Shown here: piece after piece, positions 40,796-49,272 of the stretch
How the letters are laid out: every line of letters starts with the position of its first letter
Position numbering within the stretch: the first letter of the stretch is position 1
NCBI GenBank assembly: GCA_016194505.1
Contig: JACQBK010000016.1
Coordinates: 5,654 to 69,653 of the forward strand
DNA length: 64,000 nucleotides
Direction of reading: 5' to 3'
Origin: Ignavibacteriales bacterium
GTDB taxonomy: Bacteria; Bacteroidota; Ignavibacteria; UBA10030
Notes under the pieces: model-generated
Seen by the model: the letters and a program-made list of their open reading frames with translations, nothing else
The model's database searches: none
What the model was told of the DNA's origin: nothing
Made by a program: the position numbers and the translations under genes

Positions 40796-41353
40796 CTACA
40801 CCTTTACAAATTCATGTTCGTCGTAGCGTACGACCAATACCGGACAAGGAGCATAGCGAACAACCTTTTCTGCGGTACTGCCGAATAAAATATGTTCCAC
40901 ACCCGTATGTCCGTGTGTTGCAATGATAATCAGGTCGAACGATGCTTCACGGGCAAAGCGATCAATTTCATAGAAAGCTTTACCGGTACGAATAACATAA
41001 TCAGCCTTGACCTTCTTACCTATTTCCTTTTTAATTAAGCCCTCTAATTCCTCCGCTCCTTTTTTACGCAGTTCGTCTTCAACGCTTGGGAATCCCACTT
41101 GACCGAAGCTGAAATCAGCGGGATAGACGGCTGGCTCGACAACATAGATGAGATTGATAGAAGCGTTGAATTGCCGTGCAAAGGGGATGGCGTACTTTAA
41201 CGCATTTTTGGAATGCTCCGAAAAATCTATCGGAACCAGAATGCGTTTGAGTTCGATGGGGCGCGCTTTAGCGGGACTTACCGGCTTTTTGCGCTGAAGG
41301 TCTCTTTTTTTCGCTGTTGATTTTCCGCGAAGGATCTGTTTTCTCTTTGCCAT
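40796..41353 (-). CDS. Universal stress protein (UspA family)
   Basis: ..ILVPIDFSEHSKNALKYA....IIIATHGHTGVEHILFGSTAEKVVRYAPCPVLVV (ATP-binding G-x2-G-x9-G-S/T). The start overlaps the upstream gene. Confidence 0.65.
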   Translation of the reverse strand: MAKRKQILRGKSTAKKRDLQRKKPVSPAKARPIELKRILVPIDFSEHSKNALKYAIPFARQFNASINLIYVVEPAVYPADFSFGQVGFPSVEDELRKKGAEELEGLIKKEIGKKVKADYVIRTGKAFYEIDRFAREASFDLIIIATHGHTGVEHILFGSTAEKVVRYAPCPVLVVRYDEHEFVKV

Positions 41354-41903
41354 CGTTTTCCCTTTCATGGTGAGGTTGTAGATGGTCGAGTTGATTCTTC
41401 AATTTCGAAAGCTCTCGGTCCGTTTTACGAAGCCGTTCCGCAACGATTTCTGCAAGTTTTAAAACGATTTTGATGCCAAGGTCGCGTTTCTTTTCAATCA
41501 ATTCAAAGAGATCGGGGCGGAAAAAACCGATGAGGGAACATTTCGTTCGGCATATCGCGGTTGCAGAACGGGGCGATTCGTCCAGTAACGCTAACTCTCC
41601 GAAGAAATCTCCTTCGGAAAGAACCGCAAGCTCTTTTTCACCGCCGTCTTTTCCTGCAATCGTAATGGAAATCTCCCCCTCTTGAACGATGTACATTCCC
41701 AACCCGGGATCACCCTGGAAGAACACAGGCTCCGCAGGTTGGTATTCTCGTTTATGGACGATTGCGGCAACTTCTTTCAGCTCACGCGCCGAAAGGTTCG
41801 CAAATGCAGGGACTTTACTGAGCAGAGACTCGGTTGAACCTTCGCTCACGCCCCGTCCCGAAAAAATATTCTTCCAGATTGCGCTCTCAACAACCTTGGT
41901 CAC
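41268..41903 (-). CDS. Cyclic-nucleotide-binding (cNMP) domain protein with a Lys/Arg-rich C-terminal tail
   Basis: CAP-family cNMP-binding motifs ..FFQGDPGLGMYIVQEGEISI....GDFFGELALLDESPRSATAI. There is no HTH domain. The 3' ~90 nt overlap the Usp gene in another frame. Confidence 0.65.
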   Translation of the reverse strand: MTKVVESAIWKNIFSGRGVSEGSTESLLSKVPAFANLSARELKEVAAIVHKREYQPAEPVFFQGDPGLGMYIVQEGEISITIAGKDGGEKELAVLSEGDFFGELALLDESPRSATAICRTKCSLIGFFRPDLFELIEKKRDLGIKIVLKLAEIVAERLRKTDRELSKLKNQLDHLQPHHERENDGKEKTDPSRKINSEKKRPSAQKAGKSR

Positions 41904-41915
41904 GATATTCCTCTG

Positions 41916-42839
41916 TTAATCGTAAACGAAATTCAGCCAATTGTATTTATCGTTCGCATCATTCACAACATTAAAGAAGGCTTTTTGCAACGAACGCGTG
42001 ACGGGACCCGGCTTTCCTTCCCCTACAACAATTTTATCAATAGCGTGAATGGGCGTAATTTCTGCCGCGGTTCCCGTAAAGAACACCTCATCGGCAGTAT
42101 ACAACATTTCCTTCGGAATATTCATTTCGCGGACTTCATAACCGGCATCTGTTGCCAACGTCATCACACTGACGCGCGTAATACCGGGCAATAACGCCGC
42201 AACAAGAGGGGGTGTATAGATAGTTTTATCTCTCACGAGGAAAATATTTTCCCCGCTTCCCTCACTGATGTTGCCAGAAGCATCGAGCGCTATTCCTTCG
42301 GTAAAGCCTCGCGCAATCGCTTCCATTTTGATCAATTGAGAGCTTAAATAGTTTCCACCGGATTTTGCCATGGTGGGTATCGTGTTCGGAGCGGGTCTTT
42401 GCCATGAAGAAACACACACCTCAATTCCTTTTTCGAGCGCTTCTTTGCCAAGGTACGCGCCCCACTCCCACACTGCAATCATGACATCAACGGGGCAACC
42501 CAGTGGATTAACTCCAACATCACCGTACCCGCGATAGGCTACCGGCCGGATGTAACATGCTTTTAATTTATTTGCGCGGATCGTTTCTTTTACCGCTTCT
42601 TCCAGTTGTTTCATCGTATAGGGAATTGGTGCGCGATAAATTTTTGTCGAATCATATAATCGTCTCAGATGTTCTTCAAGGCGGAAAATGGCGGAGCCGC
42701 GTTTCGTTTCGTAGCAGCGGATACCTTCGAACCAGCCTGATCCGTAATGAATAACATGCGAAAGCACATGAATCTTCGCATCGTCCCAATTGACGAGTTT
42801 CCCGTTCATCCAGATTTTGTCAACTTTATTGATTGGCAT
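41916..42839 (-). CDS. ilvE: Branched-chain amino acid aminotransferase (class IV PLP)
   Basis: ..[35 protein letters not shown].., ..[14 protein letters not shown]... It abuts the GNAT gene stop. Confidence 0.8.
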   Translation of the reverse strand: MPINKVDKIWMNGKLVNWDDAKIHVLSHVIHYGSGWFEGIRCYETKRGSAIFRLEEHLRRLYDSTKIYRAPIPYTMKQLEEAVKETIRANKLKACYIRPVAYRGYGDVGVNPLGCPVDVMIAVWEWGAYLGKEALEKGIEVCVSSWQRPAPNTIPTMAKSGGNYLSSQLIKMEAIARGFTEGIALDASGNISEGSGENIFLVRDKTIYTPPLVAALLPGITRVSVMTLATDAGYEVREMNIPKEMLYTADEVFFTGTAAEITPIHAIDKIVVGEGKPGPVTRSLQKAFFNVVNDANDKYNWLNFVYD

Positions 42840-42878
42840 GATAATTCTTTCTCCAATGTTAAATGTTAAAGAGAACAA

Positions 42879-43997
42879 CTAAATCTCACGTTCGTACAAC
42901 CGATAACGTTTCGAAATTTTCCCGTTCATCATGTCCGCCGCCTTCACCATCCGCACGTTATCTTCGAGTACCCAGCTCGCTTCACCATACCGGTAACCGA
43001 GCCGTTTAGCTTTGACTGCAGTTTCATAAAACAACACCCCTGCTGCGCCTGTGGCGGCATATTCCGGAAGCACTCCGAGAGCAATAATGCGTACGATGTT
43101 AATCTCTTTTTTGTGCAAAAACAACCGCGCAAGTCCGGGAAGCAATCGCCCCTTCGTATTATATTTAAGGGGAATATTAATATCCGGCACCGAAAGCGCA
43201 AAACCGATTGGTTTACCTTTTACTTCGGCAAATATTATCAGATCTGGCACAACAACCGGTTTCAGGTCCGCCGCCATAGCATCAATTTCTGCGCCAGTCA
43301 TGGGAACGGCTCCCCAATTTTTTTCCCACGCCCTATTGTATAATTCTTTGATCAATCCAACATCGCTATCGAAGTTTTTCATGTTTAAGGAACGAAAGGT
43401 CAGCTTATTCCTTTCTTTGACAAGATTGTTGACCCGTTCCAATTTTTCGGAATAGACCGTATCTTGACTAAGCAGATACGCATATAAATCTTTGGACTTT
43501 TTAAAGCCGTATGCTTCGATAAGCTTAGGATAATATTCGGGATTATACGGCATTAACAACGTAGGTGTAACGTTGAATCCTTCAACTAAAAGACCATACT
43601 CGTCATTCACGGAAGGGTTAGCCGGACCGCGCATTGCGGTTGCCCCTTTTTGCTTCAGGTATGATTTTGCCGTATCGAACAATGCATTCGCTACATGCTG
43701 GTCATTGACACACTCAAAGAACCCAAAAAAACCCATGTTTTCATTGTGCTCTTTGTTATGGTTGTGATTAACAATAGCCGCAATACGCCCTACCATCGCG
43801 CCATCGCGCTCGGCAATAAAAAACTCCGCATCGGCATGCTGATAAAACGGATTTTTCTTTTTGTCCATCAGCTTACGCCGATCCATCCACAAAGGAGGCA
43901 CCCAATAGGGATTGCCTTCGTAGATAGTCCAAAGAAATCTGATAAACTGATCCCGGTCCTTTGTTGTTGTAACAGGTCGTATTCGGATTTCACTCAT
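42879..43997 (-). CDS. Large (372 aa) GNAT/FemAB-like N-acyltransferase. Candidate bacterial ceramide synthase (bCerS-like) or N-acyl-sphingoid/capnoid acyltransferase
   Basis: No classical GNAT motif was called from sequence. Its size fits FemAB-like N-acyltransferases. Its position is between a serine-palmitoyltransferase-like gene and ilvE, opposite an epimerase-family reductase. The functional call is inference from context. Confidence 0.5.
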   Translation of the reverse strand: MSEIRIRPVTTTKDRDQFIRFLWTIYEGNPYWVPPLWMDRRKLMDKKKNPFYQHADAEFFIAERDGAMVGRIAAIVNHNHNKEHNENMGFFGFFECVNDQHVANALFDTAKSYLKQKGATAMRGPANPSVNDEYGLLVEGFNVTPTLLMPYNPEYYPKLIEAYGFKKSKDLYAYLLSQDTVYSEKLERVNNLVKERNKLTFRSLNMKNFDSDVGLIKELYNRAWEKNWGAVPMTGAEIDAMAADLKPVVVPDLIIFAEVKGKPIGFALSVPDINIPLKYNTKGRLLPGLARLFLHKKEINIVRIIALGVLPEYAATGAAGVLFYETAVKAKRLGYRYGEASWVLEDNVRMVKAADMMNGKISKRYRLYEREI

Positions 43998-44095
43998 AGT
44001 ATCTATAGTGTTAAAAAATTAGTAGAAGTAAAAAAGCCGCAGCGACTTTGCACAGCGGCTTTCGAACTTTAAGAACATACGAATAAACACCGTCA

Positions 44096-45310
44096 TCAGT
44101 TAATAACGCCAAGTCTCTTTCCGACAACAGAAAAAACATCGAGGATTTTATCAAGATGTTTATCCTCATGGGTGGACATGTAGCTTGTGCGGAGCATTTC
44201 CATGCCCGGAGGCACACCGGGACGAATAAACGCATTGACAAACACTCCGGCATCAAACAAATGCTTCCACATAAGGAGAACTTTGTCTGTATCACCAATG
44301 ATAACCGGAACAACCGCTGAGTCATGCTCTCCCACGCGGAAGCCCAGGCTCTTAAGCCCCTCCCTCATTTTCCGAGCGTTGCGCATAAGTTTATCAATAA
44401 ACTCCGGGTGAGTTTCCAATACATCAAGAGCGGCAAGCGCCGATGCTACGGAAGCCGGCGTCGGGCTTGCGCTGAACATCAATGCCGAGGCTTGATGCTT
44501 TAGAAAATTGATGACCACCTTATCACCGACGACGAAGCCTCCTAACGAAGCGAACGTTTTACTGAACGTTCCCATCGTGAGATCCGTTTCGGCTTCGAGA
44601 TTATAATGGCTTGCGGTGCCGCGCCCACCTTTTCCGATGACACCTACGGCGTGGGCATCATCAACCAGTACTCGGGCATTATATTTTTTCGCAATCTTCA
44701 CCATGTCGGGAAGATTAACAATTTCACCGGACGTGCTGAAGACGCCGTCCGAGACAATCAGTTTTCCGCTCTCCAACGGCAACTTAGAAATGACTGTTTC
44801 GAGATGTTGCATATCGTTATGTTTATAGCGCACAATGGTTTGCGAATTTTGGTCTATCAACGCATTTGCTCCATTTGCCATAAGGTTGCCAACGACGATG
44901 CAGGCGTGGTTGTCCTTATCAGAAACGACAAAGTCACCATGTTGAACAAGCGTTGGGATAATTCCCTGCGCTGTCTGATACCCCGTGCTGAAGAGAAGGC
45001 AATCCTCCTTGCCGAAAAATTTGGCGAGGCGCGCTTCTAATTCGACGTGAAGATCGAGAGTGCCGGTCAGGTAACGGGAACCGGAACAGCCGCTGCCATA
45101 TTTTTTCACAGCGTTAATGGCTGCTTCTTTAACCTTCGGGTGGGTTGTAAGTCCAAGGTAATTGTTCGATCCGGCCATAATAATTTTTCTGCCTTCGATC
45201 TGAACAACCGGTCCTTCGCTCTCTTCAATGGCATGGAAATAAGGATAGTTTCCGCTGGCTTTTGCTTCATCTGCCCGCGTAAAGTTACGGCATTTGTCAA
45301 AGAGGTCCAA
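44096..45310 (-). CDS. PLP-dependent alpha-oxoamine synthase of the SPT/KBL/BioF family. Candidate serine palmitoyltransferase or cysteate-C-fatty-acyltransferase
   Basis: ..[15 protein letters not shown]..; PLP-Lys motif [14 protein letters not shown]; ..[16 protein letters not shown]... 404 aa. Confidence 0.75.
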   Translation of the reverse strand: MDLFDKCRNFTRADEAKASGNYPYFHAIEESEGPVVQIEGRKIIMAGSNNYLGLTTHPKVKEAAINAVKKYGSGCSGSRYLTGTLDLHVELEARLAKFFGKEDCLLFSTGYQTAQGIIPTLVQHGDFVVSDKDNHACIVVGNLMANGANALIDQNSQTIVRYKHNDMQHLETVISKLPLESGKLIVSDGVFSTSGEIVNLPDMVKIAKKYNARVLVDDAHAVGVIGKGGRGTASHYNLEAETDLTMGTFSKTFASLGGFVVGDKVVINFLKHQASALMFSASPTPASVASALAALDVLETHPEFIDKLMRNARKMREGLKSLGFRVGEHDSAVVPVIIGDTDKVLLMWKHLFDAGVFVNAFIRPGVPPGMEMLRTSYMSTHEDKHLDKILDVFSVVGKRLGVIN

Positions 45311-45410
45311 TTCGTGCTCCGCTCGTTAGTGAATTTCATACTCCCCCGCTACTTTGCTAATCAAAACTTTTTTGAATATACTTCAATAAGCCAAGAAAGT
45401 CAACGAACAG

Positions 45411-46418
45411 TTTGAGAAGATTTATGGAGGTCGCATCGCGAACGCACTTGTAACAGGCGGCACAGGTTTTATAGGAAGCCACACGGTCGAATTGCTCCTA
45501 AAACACGGATTGAATGTCCAATGCCTCATCCGCCCCGGTCGAAAAAATCTCGGCTGGCTTGAAGGATTGCCGGTGGAAGTGTTGGAAACAAATCTGCTCG
45601 ATCCTCACTCCCTCAAGCCAATTGCTCAAGGGGCGGATTATATCTTTCACATCGCAGGCGTCACAAAAGCCAAGCATCAGAAGGATTTTTTTGAAGGAAA
45701 TGTTGCCGCCACAAAAAGCCTGTTAGAAGCGGCTAAAAACAATACCCGGTTGAAGAAATTTTGTCTTGTGAGCAGTCTCACTGCCGCAGGTCCAAGTAAG
45801 GATGGCTCGCCGCTCCACGAGGAATCACCTTGCAATCCTATTACCGCCTATGGAAGGTCAAAATTAGAAGCCGAGAACATTTGCCGGTCGTACTCTCACA
45901 ACATCCCGATAGTTATTATTCGCCCGCCGGCGGTCTATGGTCCCCGCGACCAAGACATCTTAGAGATTTTTCGATGGGTGGTAAAAGGATTTATGCCCAT
46001 TATCGGCGGAAGACAAAAAACCCTCAGCTTCGTTTACGCGAGCGATTTAGCCCGCGCAATTATGGAGGCGACTCTCTCGGAAAAGACAAAAGGAGAAACA
46101 TACTTCGTTGCCGACCAGCCGATGTATCTTTTTACTGATTTAGTCAAGCGGCTTGCGGCGATTGCCGGCAAAAGAACAACTCCCCTGCCCATTCCCTCGC
46201 CCGCTCTTTATTCTGCGGCGGCTGTTGCGCAATTTTTCTCTCACTTTTCCTCCAAGCCATCCGTACTTAATATCGAAAAGGCACGCGATTTATTACAGCT
46301 TCACTGGGTGTGCAGTTCAAAAAAAATAGAACAGCATATCGGCTTTACATGTACCACATCAATTGACGATGGCTTGCGCAATACGTATCATTGGTATAAA
46401 GAACAAGGATGGCTGTGA
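45411..46418 (+). CDS. NAD(P)-dependent epimerase/dehydratase-family (extended SDR) reductase. Candidate ceramide/3-ketosphinganine reductase (CerR/CapC-like)
   Basis: The Rossmann motif ALVTGGTGFIGSHTVELLL lies upstream of the track ORF start (TTG 45492) in the same frame. The likely start is TTG 45411, as no in-frame ATG exists. The catalytic motif YGRSK is YxxxK. Confidence 0.6.
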   Translation, partial: FEKIYGGRIANALVTGGTGFIGSHTVELLLKHGLNVQCLIRPGRKNLGWLEGLPVEVLETNLLDPHSLKPIAQGADYIFHIAGVTKAKHQKDFFEGNVAATKSLLEAAKNNTRLKKFCLVSSLTAAGPSKDGSPLHEESPCNPITAYGRSKLEAENICRSYSHNIPIVIIRPPAVYGPRDQDILEIFRWVVKGFMPIIGGRQKTLSFVYASDLARAIMEATLSEKTKGETYFVADQPMYLFTDLVKRLAAIAGKRTTPLPIPSPALYSAAAVAQFFSHFSSKPSVLNIEKARDLLQLHWVCSSKKIEQHIGFTCTTSIDDGLRNTYHWYKEQGWL

Positions 46419-46449
46419 CGGTGTCTCTTAAACCAAAGGAGAATGGTTC

Positions 46450-46824
46450 GTGGTGAATATTATACTTGTGTTTTTAGGAGGCGGCATTGGCGCAGCAGCG
46501 CGCTATTGGCTTTCCGGGGTTGTGTACCAAAAAGTGAGCACGGATTTTCCGTACGGCACGCTGACAGTCAATGCAATAGGATGCCTCCTCATCGGTATTT
46601 TGATGGCAGCTATGGAAGAACGATTTCTCGTCCAGCCTTCTCTTCGTGTATTTCTCACCATCGGGATTCTCGGCGGCTTTACGACGTTCTCGACGTTCAG
46701 TTTCGAAACCATTGCACTTCTCAGAGACGGCGAAATTCTTTACGCGCTGGTGAATATCTTCACAAGCATATTTGTGTGTTTATTCGGGACGTGGGTTGGA
46801 ATGCAAATAGGAAAATTATTGTAA
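46450..46824 (+). CDS. crcB: Fluoride ion channel CrcB/Fluc
   Basis: GTG start. ..GIGAAARYWLS..TLTVNAIGCLLIG..GILGGFTTFSTFSFE.. are canonical CrcB motifs. Confidence 0.8.
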   Translation: MVNIILVFLGGGIGAAARYWLSGVVYQKVSTDFPYGTLTVNAIGCLLIGILMAAMEERFLVQPSLRVFLTIGILGGFTTFSTFSFETIALLRDGEILYALVNIFTSIFVCLFGTWVGMQIGKLL

Positions 46825-46844
46825 TTAAGAAAGGTATTCTATCT

Positions 46845-47198
46845 ATGAAACTTTCGGGCGAAGGCAAGTTACTGAGGATTTTCCTCGGAGAATCCGATAA
46901 GGTTGACCACAAACCGCTTTACGAAGCAATCGTTCGGGCAGCGAAAACCAACGGGCTTGCCGGGGCAACAGTGCTCAGAGGCGTGGAGGGTTTTGGAGCG
47001 GATAGCCGAGTCATTCACACGGCAAAAATCTTGCGCCTCTCTGAAGACTTACCCATCGTTGTGGAAATAGTTGATAAAGAAGAGACGATTAAAGCGTTCT
47101 TGCCGGAAGTGGATAAACTCTTTGAAGCCGCAGGCTGCGGCGGCATGATGACGCTTGAAAAAGCGGAAGTGATTCGGTACTCGACGGGGAAAAAATAA
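46845..47198 (+). CDS. DUF190 (PII-like) protein commonly paired with crcB
   Basis: MKLSGEGKLLRIFLGESDKVDHKPLYEAIVRAAKTNGLAGATVLRGVEGFG.. matches DUF190. The track ORF 46443..47198 is a chimera; its 5' part overlaps crcB out of frame. Confidence 0.7.
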   Translation: MKLSGEGKLLRIFLGESDKVDHKPLYEAIVRAAKTNGLAGATVLRGVEGFGADSRVIHTAKILRLSEDLPIVVEIVDKEETIKAFLPEVDKLFEAAGCGGMMTLEKAEVIRYSTGKK

Positions 47199-47230
47199 TT
47201 CGGATGATTATCTCCACCTCGAACTATGCC

Positions 47231-48229
47231 TTATGCAAACAACTGCCTCAAAAAAGAAACCAACCAATAAGAAACCGCGGCAACAACCGCCGAGCAGGGA
47301 ATCGTCAATACCCACGCGGTGACAATCCTTCCCGCTAACCCCCATCGGACTGCTGAGACCCGCTTCGTTGCACCCACACCCATAATCGCGCCCGTAATGG
47401 TGTGCGTGGTGCTTACTGCTATGCCAAAAAATGCTGTGAGAAGCAGCGTAATACCGCCGGCAGTCTCCGCGCAAAATCCGCCTGATGCCTTCAGCTTCGT
47501 AATCTTCTGACCCATGGTTTTGACGATTCTCCACCCGCCGAACAACGTGCCAAGCGCAATTGCAAAATGGGAGCTAATAATCACCCACCAAGGCACTTCA
47601 AATGTTTTAAGATAGCCTGAGGTCACAAGCAGGCTTGTGATAATACCCATGGTCTTTTGGGCATCATTTGTTCCATGCCCCAAGCTATAAAGAGCCGCAG
47701 AGCCGAGCTGCAGTTTCCGGAACAAGCCATTAATTTTGGATGAAGAGCGTTCATGAAACATCCACATTAAAATTACCATGAGCGTAAAGCCGATTGCCAT
47801 GCCCATTAATGGAGCAATTGCAATAAAGATTATCGTATTCGTCCAACCGCCAAGAAGAATAACGCCAAAGCCAGCCTTAGCAATTGCGGCGCCCCCGTAC
47901 CCCCCTATAAGAGCATGCGAAGAGCTTGTGGGGATGCCAAAATACCATGTAATGATATTCCAGGCGATTGCACCGGTCAGTCCGCTAAGAATAACATATT
48001 CATTTACTGCGGAAAGCTCAACGAGACCTTTTCCAATCGTTTTGGCAACGTGAACGTCGAAGAGAAAGGCGGCGATAAGGTTGAATGCCGCCGCCCACAT
48101 CACCGCCTTGCGGGGCGTGAGAACGCGGGTCGAAACAATTGTCGCTATTGAATTTGCTGAATCGTGGAAACCATTAAGAAAATCAAAAACGAACGCGACG
48201 AGGATGATAACAATGACAAGGGTTAGCAT
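47231..48229 (-). CDS. pit: Inorganic phosphate transporter, PiT family
   Basis: GFHDSANSIATIVSTR.. N-terminal PiT signature and the repeated GTNDAQKTMGII motif. Confidence 0.8.
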   Translation of the reverse strand: MLTLVIVIILVAFVFDFLNGFHDSANSIATIVSTRVLTPRKAVMWAAAFNLIAAFLFDVHVAKTIGKGLVELSAVNEYVILSGLTGAIAWNIITWYFGIPTSSSHALIGGYGGAAIAKAGFGVILLGGWTNTIIFIAIAPLMGMAIGFTLMVILMWMFHERSSSKINGLFRKLQLGSAALYSLGHGTNDAQKTMGIITSLLVTSGYLKTFEVPWWVIISSHFAIALGTLFGGWRIVKTMGQKITKLKASGGFCAETAGGITLLLTAFFGIAVSTTHTITGAIMGVGATKRVSAVRWGLAGRIVTAWVLTIPCSAVVAAVSYWLVSFLRQLFA

Positions 48230-48247
48230 GGAAGCTCGAATTCGATA

Positions 48248-48895
48248 TTAAGCGTGTTTGATATAAATGCCTTCAAGCACATTTGCCGCATCCTCGCATT
48301 TATCGGTTGCGGTCTCTAACCCTACGTAAATTTCTTTCAGTTTGATGATTTGGATGGGGTCTTTTTCATTCTCGAAGAGATCGGCAATCGCATGTTCGAA
48401 GACGGCGTCTGCTTGATTCTCATATTCATTCACCTTTTGGAACACTCGCTGCAGTTCTTCAGCTTTGTGAAGAGTGCGTAACAACGTAACGCCTTTGTAC
48501 AATTCGGTAATCGAAAGATGAAGAATATCCACAAGCTTAATCATCTGTTCAGGAAAACCCTTTAATTTGTACAAGGAAGTCCGGCTGGAACTGCCGTCAA
48601 TGTGGTCCATAATGTCATCAAGTGCGGATGTCAGCGAGTGAATATCTTCGCGGTCAAACGGCGTAACGAATGTGGCATTCAATTCCGAAAAAATATTATG
48701 AGTAACCGTATCGCCGTGATGCTCTAATTCCTGAATTTGCGCCACAATTTTGTCCCGATCTGCCGCTGTTTGAGTAAGGCAGAGTTCCTTAAAAAGTGTT
48801 GCCGCATCAATAAGATTCTGCGATGATTGTTCAAAAAACGAATAGAACTTCTCATCGTGCGGAATCAATTTTTGAATCAGTTGATCAAGTTTCAT
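48248..48895 (-). CDS. DUF47 (PhoU-like, YkaA/TIGR00153) phosphate-transport regulator paired with PiT
   Basis: Helical protein ..FYSFFEQSSQNLIDAATLFKEL.. immediately upstream of pit. This is the typical pit-ykaA pair. Confidence 0.75.
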   Translation of the reverse strand: MKLDQLIQKLIPHDEKFYSFFEQSSQNLIDAATLFKELCLTQTAADRDKIVAQIQELEHHGDTVTHNIFSELNATFVTPFDREDIHSLTSALDDIMDHIDGSSSRTSLYKLKGFPEQMIKLVDILHLSITELYKGVTLLRTLHKAEELQRVFQKVNEYENQADAVFEHAIADLFENEKDPIQIIKLKEIYVGLETATDKCEDAANVLEGIYIKHA

Positions 48896-48957
48896 ATTGT
48901 ATGCCTTTTAAGATAAGTTGAACGAAAGTGCAACCTATTATTTTAATTACAAATTGT

Positions 48958-49147
48958 CTCAAAAACTATCTTCGTTGCTGGAAGCGGGCTGAATCCCTTA
49001 TTTATTTTGTGTGCTGTCCCACCCCGACCTATCCCGTTGTACGGTTCCGTTCTTTGGAATCCCGCTCACTGAACGGAATCCAAAGAGCGGGAGATGCTGA
49101 AAAGCGCAAAGGTCGGGGTTATAGCCACGTCCTTTAGGACGTGGCTA
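48958..49147. repeat. REP/BIME-like multi-hairpin repeat (copy B), paralog of 14931-15147
   Basis: Same ctcaaaaactat 5' end. Near-identical ~95-nt core (ccccgacctatcccg..ggttccgttctttggaatcccgc..gaacggaatccaaagagcgggagatgctgaaaagcgcaaaggtcggggtt). It lacks the gcctgcggcaggc insert. The terminal hairpin gccacgtcc-ttta-ggacgtggc has compensatory changes relative to copy A. Confidence 0.55.
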
Positions 49148-49272
49148 CAATAACATTTGACACTTTATGGATTTTAACCCTCACAAAAAGTCTATAGAAA
49201 TCATTTTGGGGAAACTTATACTTTCCACGGCATCTCAGAGATGGCGGGAAAATGGTCAATTAAAGATTTCCG

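Noticed and set aside
46443-47198. 251-aa ORF spanning crcB and DUF190
   Set aside because: Its first ~130 codons overlap crcB out of frame and have a low-complexity Arg/Ser/Cys-rich composition. The real gene is DUF190, starting at ATG 46845.
47208-47534. 108-aa minus-strand ORF
   Set aside because: It lies wholly inside the PiT transporter gene in another frame and is His/Cys/Arg-rich. This is a shadow ORF.
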